DNA from: the human T2T-CHM13v2.0 reference genome, Homo sapiens
Assembly (NCBI RefSeq): GCF_009914755.1
Contig: NC_060926.1
Strand: one strand, 5' to 3'
DNA length: 64,000 nucleotides
Part shown: piece after piece, positions 18,691-40,850 of the stretch
Position numbering within the stretch: the stretch's first letter is position 1
Layout of the letters: each line of letters begins with the position of its first letter
The notes under the pieces: generated by a model
What the model saw: only the letters and a program-made list of their open reading frames with translations
Told to the model about the DNA's origin: nothing
The model's database searches: none
Position numbers and translations under genes: made by a program

Positions 18691-18791
18691 GTAGCAATGA
18701 AGTAGAAAAATGCATATGTATATTGCAAAGCTCATGTATTAACATGCATAGCATAGAAGGAAAGGATTACATAGCTTCCTTACCATTTCAG
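18691..18791 (+). pseudogene. ANAPC1P1: ANAPC1P exon 5 (SNEVEKCICILQ...SLPFQ)
   Basis: 101 nt, ttcag/gtaaac. Confidence 0.9.
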
Positions 18792-19386
18792 GTAAACAAG
18801 TGTTTCAAATTTTGGGGGGGTTTTGTTGGAGAACATTTTTGAATTAATTGGTTTTAGAGGCATGTCTTATGTCTCATGTTTCGTAGTAGTCAAAAATGTT
18901 ATTTTTACTCAAAATAACTAAATTTTGGCAGCTTTAGTGGCTTACCATTTTTCTGTACTTCACAAAAAAATAAGTTATTTAATGAAGTAAATTAGGAAGT
19001 CTTCTGTGGTATGTGTTTGTTGGTTTAAATGATATGTAAGAACTTTTGGTTATATTAAATAAGGCATATGAATAACACCAGTCTTTTTTTGTTACTCATC
19101 GTCTTTTTAATGCCTAAGGCTATTGTTAACACATTGTCATTTTGTTACTGATCCTGGCCAGTGGCAGGAATTTCACATTGAACAACTCCTCTTTATTAGA
19201 TTTGATTTTATCTTAGAGTTGCTTATTTGTATTACTTTTTAAGAAAATACCATATTTAATGATTATGTTACTTTGTAAAGCTATTACTAAATTGGAAAAT
19301 AAAACATTCTGTAATGTTTCTTTAAAACATTTTATAAAGGGGTAGGTTCTCTTACTTCTATCTTTTCCCACCCTTTTACCTGAAAG

Positions 19387-19469
19387 GTTGCAAATGTTTG
19401 GCCCACTAAATATGGATTGTTGTTTGAACGAAGCGCTTCTTCACATGAAGTACCTCCAGGTTCACCCAG
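19387..19469 (+). pseudogene. ANAPC1P1: ANAPC1P exon 6 (VANVWPTKYGLLFER...PGSP)
   Basis: 83 nt, aaag/gtattc. Confidence 0.9.
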
Positions 19470-19610
19470 GTATTCATTTTATTCACTTCAGAATATTACT
19501 GCTTGGGATTTGTGTGTGTGTGTTGGTTCTGAGGTTTATCTAAAAGTCTGAGATGATGATAATTTTCATGCTGACAGCATAGATATATGCCATTTTCTCT
19601 CATCTCAGTA

Positions 19611-22453
<2,843 letters not shown>

Positions 22454-22556
22454 TAAGTATACTCATGAGCTCTACGCACTTGGCACTTAATTAGCCTTTT
22501 TTCCCAATCTAAGTGGTAAAATTGAATATGCAAATAAATGGCTTCAAAAAAGATTT

Positions 22557-22866
<310 letters not shown>

Positions 22867-23273
22867 TTAATTTACTTGAAGTAGTTTGTTTCTTCCTTTT
22901 TTAAAAAATGCATTCCTTTGTCAGCAGGTATGGGACACACTGCCAGTAAGAGAGGTCAATAAAAAAAGACTGCTTTATACACATTACTCCATTTGTTCTG
23001 TACTGTGATGACTGCTGTTTGCAGAAATTCTCTGGACTATATTGATTTTCCTCTGTTGGTGCATTGATAGAATTACTCTCAGGGGAGAGATTTCTAGGAA
23101 TGAAATAGAAGACAATGTGAAAAATAGTATGTACAAAGTTCAGAAGATTGCATTTTGAGATAGTAGGTTTCTAGTTGCTCGTGTAATCTGGAGATTTCTT
23201 TTCAATAGAAGTGCAAAATTTGTGCACAGACATACTCGTATTGGTAATTAATTGATTATTTGTTTATTGCTAG

Positions 23274-23347
23274 AGAATCTTTACCCACTATGTTCAGCAT
23301 GCTGCACCCACTAGATGAAATAACTCCACTTGTTTGTAAATCTGGAA
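23274..23347 (+). pseudogene. ANAPC1P1: ANAPC1P exon 7 (ESLPTMFSMLHPLDEITPLVCKSG)
   Basis: 74 nt, ctag/gtaagt. Confidence 0.9.
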
Positions 23348-23639
23348 GTAAGTGTGCTTCTATATTCTTTTAGATAAGCTCTTTTGTTTTTGTTTTTTTT
23401 TTGACTTTGGTGAGGGAGATTATAAAGGCGCTTATATGAAAACTGACTTATAAAAATAATGTAATGTAAACATTTCACAAAAATAACTTCTATTTTGAAT
23501 TTCTTGAATATCATGGTATTAACTGCTCAACAGTTATTTTAGTAAAAATAAGGTATATAAATCAGTGAGGAATACCGATATATTTATTAACCTACCTGTA
23601 GATGCTTTGTTCTTTAATAGTTAATAAGTAAATGAATGA

Positions 23640-24392
<753 letters not shown>

Positions 24393-24559
24393 CATAAGAA
24401 TGGTTTTTACCTTTTAAAGGGTTGTAGGAAATAACAAAGATTATGTGATAGAGTCAGTATGTGGACAGCAAACTGCACTATTTAGTCTTTGATCTTTTAC
24501 AGAAAAAGTTCAAATTTTATGTTGTTACTAATTGCAGACAACCCGAATAAACATACTAG

Positions 24560-25034
<475 letters not shown>

Positions 25035-25128
25035 TAAATCGGGGTGGGTGTGTTTGGTCCTTGTGGGCTTTACAAGGTGGATTCCTGATGACTTTTCTGT
25101 GAATTGCACATCTCACACAGTAATTTAG

Positions 25129-25526
<398 letters not shown>

Positions 25527-26501
25527 TCGAATGATGAATTTCTTAATGGCCTTGTCCTTGGGCACGCGTCAGGCACAGTTTGTGCAACGAATAGGCTGCA
25601 TGTGGCTGCGCCCCTTTTTGGCACGATTGTTGTTCCTTCTTTTCTTTGTCTTCTTGGAGGCACGGACTGGAGGGAGGAGTGCAGCCATTATTGATCATAT
25701 TTTTGAATAATATTTAGTGAACTAGAAGTTGCTTATTTGTAATGTCAAGTAGGATACAAAACTTTAACACAGTATGATTATAATTTTGTAAAAATGTATA
25801 AAGTGTGTATATATGTATGAAAAAAACAAAAATTCTCTAATGTATTAATAGTAGATATTTTGAGATGGTGGCATGATTTTTATTTATAAAGTATTTCTTA
25901 TGATTATAAAATCATATTTTAAAATTTTTCAATATTTTAACTGAATGGGAAACATTTCCTGTCAAATAAGGATATGGAGACCAGTCCATGGTACTTTAGA
26001 TTAAAAGCTGAACTCACTGGGAAAAACCTTATTTTGCATGTGTAACTAGTAAAGCAGAAACAACAGTGTACTGTTCGGCACTGTCTGAATAGTAATTATA
26101 GAGTACAGCTTTCATACAGAAGAACAGAACCAATAAGGAAGTCAAACTTGGCAGAATAGTTGAGTGCAATTTATAAATAAGTCAGTTGAAGAAATCATCG
26201 ACCTTTTACCTGTGGCTGATTCGTGTAATGGTGAGAGTCAGCACAAATCTTAACATTTAGCAACAGCATGTATGTGAAGCTAAAACTTGTAATGCTCTCA
26301 TCTTTAATGTATTTTAAGGAAGTTGATGCCTAAAGTAAATTTATTAAAAATTCAGAGTTAATTATTTAAGATAGTAATAGATTTCGTGCTCTCTTTGGCT
26401 TGGTTGTTCTTTATCTTTAACAATTTTAAGAGCTCCGTTCATAAATATCAGTCTTGTAAAGCCCGTTGTTCTATACCTGATTTTTCTATTTTATTTTTAA
26501 G

Positions 26502-26647
26502 GTCTTTTTGGTTCATTACGGGTGCAATATGTTGTAGATCATGCAATGAAAATTGTTTTCCTCAATACTGACCCCTCTATTGTAATGACTTATGATGCTG
26601 TTCAAAATGTGCATTCTGTGTGGACTCTCCGGAGAGTCAAATCAGAG
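26502..26647 (+). pseudogene. ANAPC1P1: ANAPC1P exon 8 (LFGSLRVQYVVDHAMK...RVKSE)
   Basis: 146 nt, taag/gtaagg. Confidence 0.9.
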
Positions 26648-26690
26648 GTAAGGAGAAAGGCAAGTCACTTCTCCTTAACAGGAAAGGGTA

Positions 26691-27164
<474 letters not shown>

Positions 27165-27213
27165 TCATACCCTCACATTTTTTTTTTGGAAAAATCACTT
27201 GTGAATAGTTGTT

Positions 27214-27224
27214 TTATTATTATT

Positions 27225-27260
<36 letters not shown>

Positions 27261-27545
27261 TCTAGAGACAGGGCCTCACTCTGTCACCCAGGCTGAAGCA
27301 TAATGGCACAATTACAGTTCACTGCAGCCTTGAACTCCTGAGCTCAAGTGATCCTCCTGCCTCAGCCTTCCGAGTAGCTAGGACTACAAGTGTGTACCAC
27401 CACTCCCAGCTAATTTTTAATTTTTTGTAGAGATGGGATCTTGCTATGTTGCCCAGGCTGGTCTTGAATTCCTTGGCTCAAGCTATCCTCTCGCCTCACC
27501 CTCCCAAAGTGCTGGGATTATAGATGTAAGCCACGGCACCTGGCC
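27214..27545 (-). mobile_element. AluJ-like with (ATT)n(ATC)n tail microsatellite (27214-27260)
   Basis: Trinucleotide run followed by antisense Alu. Confidence 0.9.
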
Positions 27546-27690
27546 TCATTTGAGAAATAGATTGAGCTTCTTAGGAAAGAAGAAATACTGTGTCTTTAGT
27601 AACTGACTTCAACTTGCATTCTTACAAGGAAATTGCTATTTTATTCTAATTATTGTTTTTTTTTCCTCTTTCTCTTTATTTTGACTTAAG

Positions 27691-27911
27691 GAAGAGAATG
27701 TTGTTTTAAAGTTCTCTGAACATGGGGGAACCCCACGGAATGTGGCCACTAGCAGCTCCCTCACAGCACATCTCAGAAGCCTCTCCAAAGGAGATTCCCC
27801 TGTGATTTCACCTTTCCGGAATTACTCCTCCATTCACAGCCAGAGTCGCTCAACCTCATCACCCAGTCTACATTCTCGCTCACCTTCTATTTCCAACATG
27901 GCAGCTCTAAG
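27691..27911 (+). pseudogene. ANAPC1P1: ANAPC1P exon 9 (EENVVLKFSE...NMAAL)
   Basis: 221 nt, taag/gtagaa, open frame. Confidence 0.9.
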
Positions 27912-28033
27912 GTAGAAGGGTTTCCTGGTTTTTCTTTCTAAGCTTTCTGTTTTGTTTTGAAGGATTTAGAATTGCTGTTGACAGCTGTTTTTAGGGGAAA
28001 TATATTTAGGGGAGTTTTTTTTAGGGGAAATAG

Positions 28034-28361
<328 letters not shown>

Positions 28362-28984
28362 CTGAGCCAGTTTTACTAAGATTTCTAAGTTTACCATGTC
28401 ACATTCTTTCCTGAGTCATATTTTGAAGCTGCCTATGCTTGTCCTAAGGTTAGTTGCCTCATTTCTACCACTATGTGGGCAACAGTTTGATGAATATTAA
28501 TTCCCAAAATATTGTGGCACTATTTTATTTTTGCCTTAATTTATGTTAGTTTTTCTTTTTTTTCTTGTTATTTGATATCTAAATGTATCTATTTCTCTAT
28601 ATAGATATTTATTTAAATCACCAGATATGTATATCTGGTGCTACAGGGACATTGTTTTGTTGATATATATATGTCTGACTATACAGGGACATAGTTTAGA
28701 GCTTTTTGAATAATCATTCATTTTCCGAAAAAGAAGATGATCTAAGTTTTAGTTGTAAAAGATGAGTTCTTCTAATAATAATTCTAAATCTTTAGAATAT
28801 AGTAAAGCACATTGACATGAACCATTTAAATAGCTACTCCTTTTTGAAAAATTTTAATTTCTGACCTGGATTATGCCATGAATGCTCTTCTGTCTGTGGA
28901 ATTTTGGGAAGTGTCATTGGAGTGTGTGTCATATAAGCCTGCCCTGCTAACTGTGATGTACTCTCTCCTCTGTTTCTTTTGCAG

Positions 28985-29194
28985 TCGTGCTCATTCTCCT
29001 GCCTTAGGAGTGCACTCTTTTTCAGGGGTGCAAAGGTTCAACATTTCAAGCCATAATCAGTCTCCAAAGAGACATAGTATTTCTCATTCTCCAAATAGTA
29101 AGTCTAATGGCTTCTTTCTTGCACCAGAAACGGAGCCAATTGTTCCTGAACTGTGTATTGACCATTTGTGGACAGAAACGATTACTAATATAAG
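28985..29194 (+). pseudogene. ANAPC1P1: ANAPC1P exon 10 (RAHSPALG...ETITNI)
   Basis: 210 nt, gcag/gtttgt. Confidence 0.9.
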
Positions 29195-29297
29195 GTTTGT
29201 TATATATATTATTATATTCAAAGAAAAATGTTGCTGAAAGTCTTGGGAAATATATGGCATTTTGTTTAAAGTTTCCTTTTAATGTGATCAGTTATTA

Positions 29298-29667
<370 letters not shown>

Positions 29668-30209
29668 TCATCATAAAAATATTATTTTGTCATCTGATAT
29701 TTCTTCCTTTATAGTAATAATCTCTCATTTTTCAGGTGTTTTTTGTTCTGGGGAGAAACAGTTAATTTCTATCCGTGAGGAAATGTGGGTTTTTTAGCAC
29801 GTTTCCTAAGTTTTATGTTCATGTTAGTTGAGTGCCAGCTTTACTTTTTGGGAAACATAGCTTAGATCTCTGTTCTGGGTGACCTTTCTTCTTTTATATT
29901 CTCTTTAATAATTCACGTGTTAATTTATATGCCAATGTGTGTGCTAGTTAACAGTCTAATAAGTCACTGTCCCTGTCCTCAAAAGAGGCAGATAGCTGAA
30001 GGATGGTGACACAGGAGGGACTACTTTTGCTGGTAGGGCTTTGAAAAATGAACAGGTATTTGCTAGGCAGGTAAGTTTAGAAAGACCACAGACGGCAGCT
30101 GGGATCAGAACAAAAGTTCTGGTGAGTGCGTGGTGTATTTAGGGAATTATAAATACTCCCACTCTGGTTTTTGCAGAGGGGAGGGAAAAGGCTAATGAAG
30201 AGGAGGCTT

Positions 30210-30539
<330 letters not shown>

Positions 30540-31270
30540 TTAGGCCTCTGGTCTGTTTGATGACAGCGGTAAGAAGGCACTTCATAAGTGTGTCGGAAGT
30601 TTGGGAAACAGCAGAACAATAAATGTGGAATTGTCAGCTTATAAGTGGTGATTGAGGTAAGAGAATTAGATTAGAATTGAAGAATTATTGTATTCAATAA
30701 TTGTGTGTACATGTAGTATATAGGCCTTTTCCCAAGGAGAGGGTTTTAACAGTCCTTAGATTCTCAAAGGGATTTGTGGCCTCCAAATAGTTAAAATCCA
30801 GTGGTGTAGAATTAGAAGAGGGCTAGGAACTGAAGTCCTGGAAACTTAAGATTTGGGGAATGGAAAGAGACAAAGCTGGCGCAGAGAGACAAAGCAAAAG
30901 AAGTCAGATGGGAGAAGCAGCAGGAAATACAGAATACAAAAAAGAACATTTCAAGAATACAGAGATGCCAGTATTGCCAGGTACTGGTGAAGTGTGGCCC
31001 TGAGAGTTGAACCCAGAGAGGAGGTACCTGGGTGGCAGTGGGTTCCTTGGTGACCTTGGCCAGAGCATTTTAAGCTGGGAGGGTGGCGGGGGAAAGTGGG
31101 GTAGAAAAAGTAAATGGGGACTGAGGAAATGAACATAGGCATACAGACTCTTTAAGGAGTTTGCCTTTGAATAGGAATGAAGATACAAAATTAGAGGGAG
31201 TCTTGGTCAAGGAGAGTTTTGTTTTTGCTGAACTATAATAAAATTAGTTTTCATGACATCTTGCCCCAGT

Positions 31271-31570
31271 ATTTTCTTTTTCTTTTTTTTTTTGAGACAG
31301 GGTCTCACTCTGTCACCCAGGTTAGAGTACAGTGAGTGACTCAATCACAGCTCACTGCAGCCTTGGCCTTCTGGGCTCAGGTGATTCCCCAACCTCAGCC
31401 TCCCAGGTAGCTGGGACTATAGGCACACACCGCCACGCCTGACTAATTTTTGTAGAGAAAGGATTTTGCCGTGATGCCCAGGCTGGTCTCAAACTCCTGG
31501 GCTCAAGCAACCTGCTTGCCTCTGCCTCCCAAAGTAATGGGATTACAGGTGTGAGCCACTGTGCCTGGCC
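31271..31570 (-). mobile_element. AluJ-like
   Basis: Antisense dimer. Confidence 0.9.
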
Positions 31571-32043
31571 CCCAATATTTTCTTACCTAACCACAATACA
31601 AGTTTTATATCCAGTCAAATTGAGAAGGTCTTTTATATACTCTAATGTTGAGTCTATTTTATATTTTAAGACTTTTAATGTGAAATAGTAGGCTATACGG
31701 ACTATACTCAAGGGAAAGTATTGAAAATACAGAAGAGAGGAAACGATTGATGGAACAAGTAACCAGAAAGGTGCACAAGTGGTGAGATTAGCGTTGGGAT
31801 AAAGAAGTGAAGGTTGATCAGATACGTAAGGCAGGAGGTTGAGCTCAAGCCTTAGAGCCTCATTTTATCTGAAATGGAAGGCAAATGCATAATCTTAGAG
31901 AGAATGAAATGGGGGATAGGTAGTCTGAAGAAAGTAAAGATGTGGATACAATGTTGAAGTAGTCTCTCTGGCTTGTTTCTCATATATCAAATAAAAGTAT
32001 CCTACAATTATAGATCATTTTTCTTTAAATAACTTATTTGTAA

Positions 32044-32471
<428 letters not shown>

Positions 32472-32809
32472 TAATCTGAGAAGGAGAGGGGGTAGATAGG
32501 AGAAACAGCATTATGAAAGATCTGGCCCTTTGCGGGATAGGAATTCAAGTTTGCATGCATTACTTTACAAGTAGGTGGCTTAGTTTGCATTACAAGTAGG
32601 GAGCTTAGATAGTATGTAATTTAAAAGTTCATCAGTAATTGTTAAATTTATTGTAGCTTTCCCCAGCAAAGCTGTGTAATGAGCTCATAATCAAAGAACT
32701 GAAAGGATCTTAGAGATCATGAAGTTTAATTCTTAGAAATGTTTGTGTCTTTGAGATTATTGCTTGACCTAAGTAGTTTTTAGATTTCTTGCAGAATATT
32801 TTCAAAGAC

Positions 32810-33117
32810 TTTTTTTTTTTCTCTCTCTCTTTTTGAGACGGAGTCTGGCTCTGTCGCCCAGGCTGGAGTGCACTGGCGCGATCTTGGCTTACTGCAAGCC
32901 CTGCCTCCTGGGTTCATGCCATTCTCCTGCCTCAGCCTCCAGAGTAGCTGTGACCACAGGCGCCCGCCATCATGCCTGGCTAATTTATTTTGTATTTTTA
33001 GTAGAGATGGGATTTCACCGTGTTAGCCAGGATAGTCTGGATCTCCTGACCTCGTGATCTGCCCGCCTCGGCCTCCCAAAGTGTTGGGATTACAGGTGTG
33101 AGCCACCGCGCCCGGCC
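32810..33117 (-). mobile_element. AluY-like
   Basis: TSD tcaaagactttt. Confidence 0.93.
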
Positions 33118-33194
33118 TCAAAGACTTTTAATAGTTACTGTGGTAGATTCTTGGACCAGTGCTGACAGTTACTTTATTGATGTATCTATTATAG

Positions 33195-33289
33195 AGAGAA
33201 AAATTCACAAGCCTCAAAAGTGTTTATTACATCTGACCTATGTGGGCAAATTTCCTGTGCTTTTCAGTGGAGTCCCAGCTCCAGTTATG
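33195..33289 (+). pseudogene. ANAPC1P1: ANAPC1P exon 11 with 1-bp deletion frameshift near 33250
   Basis: 95 nt between phase-2 boundaries (needs a multiple of 3); EKNSQASKVFITSDLCGQ, then FLCFSVESQLQL continues in a shifted frame. Confidence 0.88.
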
Positions 33290-33369
33290 GTAGGTGTATG
33301 TATTTCCCATTGTTTCTGTATAAATAACTCAGCATTGCTTTTTCTTTTTCTTTTCTTTCCTTTTTTTTG

Positions 33370-34690
33370 GCTTAAGTAGTTTTATTTAGAAATAATTTAC
33401 ATGTCATAAAATTAACATGTTTTAACTGTACAATTAAATGATTTTTAGTAAATTACAGTGTTATACAACCATCACCATGACCCAATTTTACAAGATTTAT
33501 ATCACCATAAAAAGATTTCCTTGTGCTTGTTTGTAGTCAGTCTTGTTCCCATTTCCAGCCTCAGGCAACCATGCTAGGCTTCTGCCTTTATAGATGAGTT
33601 TTTCTGGACATTTATATATATATAATGTATGTACACACAGTGTAGCTTTTTGTGTTTAGCTTTCACTTAGCGTGATGTTTTTAGGATCCACCGTTTTGTA
33701 ACATGTATCATTATTTCATACCTATTGCTATGTAATAGTCCATTGTATAGATCTACCACCATGTTTTGTTTATCTGTTCATCAGCTGATGGACTTTTGGT
33801 TTATTTCCACCTCTTGACTGCTGAGAATTAGGACAGTATGAACATTTGAACAAAGGTCTTGAGCAAAAATGTGGACATATGTGATTTTATTTTTCTTGAG
33901 TAAATGCCTAGGATTGGGTCATTGGGTTGAATGGTAAATTCATATTTAACTTTTTAAGAAATCACCAAACTGTTTTCCAAATAGCCTGTATCATTTTATA
34001 TTCCCACCAGCAAAATATGAAGGTTAATGTCTCTTTATCCTTGACAGGATTGGATATCATCACACTCTTTGATTGTAGCTATTTTCCAGTGGTTGTGAAA
34101 TGGCTTTAATTTGCTTTTCTCTAATGCATTCTGATGTTGATCATCTCATGAAGTTATTAGCCATTCATTTATCTTCTTAGGTAAAATATCTATTCAGATC
34201 TTTTGCCCATTTATTTACCTTCATATTTTGAAATACGATAGATCACAGGAAGTTACAAAATAGTAAACAAGTCCTGTGTACCTTGCATTCTTTTTCCCTC
34301 ACAGGTAACCTCTTGTACAACTATAATACATTATCATAACCAGGAGATAGATGATGTACACACTTTATTTCAAATTTCATCAATTTGACATGTACTCATT
34401 TATGTGTATGTATGGTTCTATGCAGTTTTTTCACATATGTAGATGTGTGTAAATACCACCACAATCAAGATACAAAACATCTTTATCTGTCTTACGTTAA
34501 CTCCTTATAGTCACATACACCATTACCCACTGATCCTGGTAACCACTAATTCTCCATCTTGATAATTTGGCATTTGTGAATGTTTTATAAATGGGCTCAT
34601 ACAGTATGTAAACTTTTGAGATTGTCTTTTTCTGTTCAGCATAATACTTTTAATACCCATACAGGTTGTTGCATGTATCAAGTTTCTTTT
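33370..34690 (-). mobile_element. Old L1M 3' fragments
   Basis: Antisense L1 3'UTR motifs (aaccatcaccat, tctgttcatcagctgatggac, caaactgttttccaaa). Confidence 0.7.
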
Positions 34691-34705
34691 TATTTTATTA
34701 TTTAG

Positions 34706-34796
34706 CTGTGTAAAGTTTCAAGAGAGTAATGATAAAACCCAGCTCATCTTTGTTTCAGTGACCAACATACCAGCGAAGGATGCAGCACCAGTGGAG
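34706..34796 (+). pseudogene. ANAPC1P1: ANAPC1P exon 12 (CVKFQESNDK...AAPVE)
   Basis: 91 nt, ttag/gtaatg. Confidence 0.9.
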
Positions 34797-34915
34797 GTAA
34801 TGTAGGCACATTTGAGAAGTTGACAATTACGCTTCATCAGATTTTTCAGTCAAAAAATCTATTAATTTGCTCAAATCGGGAAATAAATTTTTAGTCTTTT
34901 TTTTTTTTTTTAAAG

Positions 34916-34981
34916 AAAATAGACACCATGCTGGTCTTGGAAGGCAGTGGAAACCTGGTGCTATACACAGGAGTGGTTCGG
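34916..34981 (+). pseudogene. ANAPC1P1: ANAPC1P exon 13 (KIDTMLVLEGSGNLVLYTGVVR)
   Basis: 66 nt, aaag/gtaagc. Confidence 0.9.
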
Positions 34982-35380
34982 GTAAGCAATAAGTAGCACT
35001 TCATGCCTTTAGTAGGACTTCAGGCTGCCTGCATGAATATTTGTAAAGTTACTTTAGATTGATATTTTAAATTTGTTATGTTCCTGTCTGCACAATTTGG
35101 CAGAAGAATTTTGTTAATAATTCTCAGTGAAGCTTCCCATTTAGGTGGGTCCTAATTTGGAGGGCTATGGCTCACTGCTATTAAATGCATTGGTACTCTA
35201 AACCTGTCACAGATGGGAAACCTTCAATGAGTATAGGTAGATTTTTTTTTTTTTTTTAAAGTTAAACTAGTTTTGAAATTGAAGCATGGGTACCTTTGAA
35301 ATTGAAGCATGGGTACCTTTGGTAAGTACTAAAGTTTTGGTAAAGTTTCACTATATTAAATGTGGTGTATGTTAGCTGTA

Positions 35381-35660
35381 TTTTTTTTTTTTTTGAGATG
35401 GAGTCTCGCTCTGTTGCCCAGGGTGATCTCGGCTCACTGCAAGCTCCGCCTCCCGGGTTCACACTATTCTCCTGCCTCAGCCTCCCGGGTAGCTGGGACT
35501 ACAGGCGCCCGCCACCAAGCCTGGCTAATTTTTTGTATTTTTAGTAGAGATGGGGTTTCACCGTGTTAGCCAGGGTGGTCTCGATCTCCTGACCTCGTGA
35601 TCCACCCGCCTCGGCCTCCCAAAGTGCTGGGATTACAGGCGTGAGCCACCGCGCCCAGCT
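35381..35660 (-). mobile_element. AluY-like with short internal deletion
   Basis: TSD tgttagctgtatttt. Confidence 0.93.
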
Positions 35661-36118
35661 GTTAGCTGTATTTTTTTAACATTTGTGAAATGTACATAGA
35701 GAATATACATTTTACAAATTTAAATTATGAAATTTAAATACATACAATTTGAATAATAATAATGAAGTGAATATTCATCTACCCAGTACTCTGGTTAAGA
35801 AATAGAATATTGCCAGTATCCTTATTTTTATTACATTCTTTTCTGATTGCATCCTATCTTCCCCTGCCCTCGAGATAGACAGAATCCTGATTTTGTGATA
35901 AATCAATTGTTTGTATTACTAGTTTTTACAGTTATGTATGTATCACTAAAGAATGCATTATTTAGTTTTCCTTGTTTTTGAATTTTTATATAAAAAATAC
36001 CATGTACTCGCCTCTGATGTACTTATTTTGCTCAACATTATATTTGTTTTAGATTTGTCTGTGTTGATGCGTACTGTTGTTTACTCATTCAGTGTGATGT
36101 ATATATTCAATAGTATTC

Positions 36119-38232
<2,114 letters not shown>

Positions 38233-38774
38233 GGAACATACAGAAAACAAACATTAAATGGCAGATTTAAATCCCACTAGGCCACTAATTAAATACAATG
38301 GTCTAACACAAATAACAGAGACTAGCAGAAGAGATTAGAAAATACAGCCCAACTATATATGTTGGTTATAAGAAGTGTTCTTCAAATATAATGACATAGG
38401 TAAGTTAAAGGATGGAAAGAAGATATATTATGCAAACAGTAATCAAAAGATAGCTGGAGTCGCTATAAAGTGGGAAAAAAAAAATGACCAGGAACAAAGA
38501 GAGACTTTAAAGGGCCAAATCACCAAGAAGGCACCCTTGAGTATTTTGTAAATGTCAGTTCATTCCATTTGGTTGATAATGTTGTTCATGTCCTCTCCAA
38601 CCTTGGCAATTTCTTTTCTTCTTTTTCGATACAGTATCTCGTTCTGTTACTCAGGCTGGAGTGCAGTGGTGGGATCACAGCTCACTGCACCCATGACCTC
38701 CTGACTCAAGCGATCCTCCCACCTCAGCCTCCCAAAGTGCTGGGATATTACAGACATGAGCCACCACATCCAGC

Positions 38775-38975
38775 CTGGCAAACTTTTTATGTAGGAGTTC
38801 AGACAAGTATCTTAGCCTCTATGGGCCGCATGCAGTCTCTGTTACATATTTGTCTTCTGTTTTTTTTTTTTCCTTAACCATTTAAGTACATAAAACCTAT
38901 TCTTAGCTCACAGACTGTACAAAAATGGGATACAAGCCAGATTTGGTCATGGAACATGGTTTGCTGACCAAGGAT
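38775..38975. mobile_element. MER58-like hAT MITE
   Basis: ggcaaactttt...ccagatttgg...ggtttgctgacc termini. Confidence 0.6.
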
Positions 38976-39796
38976 CTAAATAGATGCAGAGAAATCATTT
39001 GATAAAATCAAATATCCGTGATGAAAAAAAATCCTCAGCATCTAGAAATAGAAGGGGACTTCCTCAAATAGACGAGGGACATTCAAAATTTTCACTGTGC
39101 CTCCTGATGAGGAGGAAGGGACGGCCATGACTTTTTTCTTGGTGTTTGCAAAAAGTAGGGCAGATATAGTGAAAAGTTTCTGTCCTGGTCGGTCATTCTT
39201 TTCCCAACACTTTGGCTGGAAAGAGTAAGATTTTCTTAGGGCGTGTTTTGTCTGTGAACGTTGGCATGTCTGTGTTATAGGCACTTTGAAAGCCTGAGGC
39301 CTGGTTATGTAAGGAGTCAAAAAAACCAGAAACCTAGGAAATTCATCATTAGGTCATTCCTGGGTCTCAGGTTACTAGCCAGTTTGTCTTCTTTTCTTCA
39401 CTTTTTCAGAATCCTCTGTTAGTTGCATTATAAATTTTATTCAGTTTTTTTTCTTTTTGGTGATTAATGAGGGAATAGCATGGTATGTGCTTATTCCATC
39501 TTTTCGTAAATTAGGGGTTTGAGATAGCTTTTAAAAAATTATGCATAATTAGTTCTCACTGTTATTTTGTTTTTTAAGCCTAAGGATTTTATTGGGGCAA
39601 CTTCTGTTATTTTGTTAGCTGTTGAGTAGTGTGTTAACATGAATATGTACGTTGTTAAGATCTCATTTTAGTTCTGAGCATCTCCTTTTTAGTCTTATCA
39701 AGTTTTCAGCCTGTACAGATGTGAATTTCTGTTTTTGCTAAGTACCCTACAGATAGCCAAAATAAGGAGTGGTTAGCACGGATTGTCAACTCATTC

Positions 39797-40515
39797 TTTT
39801 TTTTTTTTTTGAGACAGAGTTTCATTCTTGTTGCCCGGGCTGGAGTGCAGTGGCGCGATCTCGGCTCACTGCAAGTTCCGCCTGCTGGGTTCACACCATT
39901 CTCCTGCCTCAGCCTCAGAGTAGCTGGGACTACAGGTGCCTGCCACCATGCCCGGCTAATTTTTTTTTTTTAATTTTTAGTAGAGATGGGGTTTCACTGT
40001 GTTAGGCAGGATGCTCTTGAACTCCTGACCTTGTGATCCGCCTGCCTCGGCTTCCCAAAGTGTTAGGATTACAGGCGTGGGCCACCGCGCCTGGCCGCTG
40101 TTCTTACTGTCTTTATGACCAATAAGGTAGAAGAGTACATAGTGTACAGATTTTTATATAATGTGTTGACTATATTAACATTCCTCTCCTTGCCTTCCAA
40201 AAAAGTCTTCAGTAATGAAGAGAAGGAATCCAACCAAGAGAAATTATACCAAGGTATGAGAGGTCTAGGTGGGCAGATGGCTTCAGCCCAGAAGTTCAAG
40301 ACCAGCCTGGATAACATGGTGAAACCCTGTCTCTACCAAAAAATACAAAATTAACCAGGCATAGTGGCATGTGCCTGTAGTTCCAGCTACTCAGGAGGCT
40401 GAAGTGGGAGGATCACTTGAGCCTGGTAGGTTGAGGCTGCAGTGAGCTGAGATCATGCCACTGTACTCCAGCCACAGGGAAAGAGTGAGATCTTATCTCA
40501 AAAAAAAAAAAAAAG
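39797..40515. mobile_element. Alu (-, ~39797-40096) and 5'-truncated Alu (+, ~40255-40515)
   Basis: Alu consensus; TSD agaaattataccaa on the second. Confidence 0.9.
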
Positions 40516-40715
40516 AAATTATACCAACATATTTGCAGTTGGATAGTGGAATTCAATAGATTATTGACATTTGAATTGTTTCTTTGCTGTGTTTGGTGAG
40601 AATAAACTTAGAAATATCAAAAGAAATATATGTTTATATTCCTTAACATTTTATTTAAGGATGTGATGCATTAAAGGCAGTATTTTTTTTTTCCACATGT
40701 TTTTATTGCTTAAAG

Positions 40716-40850
40716 GTGGGAAAGGTTTTTATTCCTGGACTGCCAGCTCCCTCTCTGACGATGTCCAACACAATGCCTCAGCCCAGTACTCCACTTGATG
40801 GCGTTAGTGCTCCAAAGCCTCTTAGTAAACTCCTTGGATCATTGGACGAG
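40716..40850 (+). pseudogene. ANAPC1P1: ANAPC1P exon 14 (VGKVFIPGLP...GSLDE)
   Basis: 135 nt, aaag/gtaaga. Confidence 0.9.
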
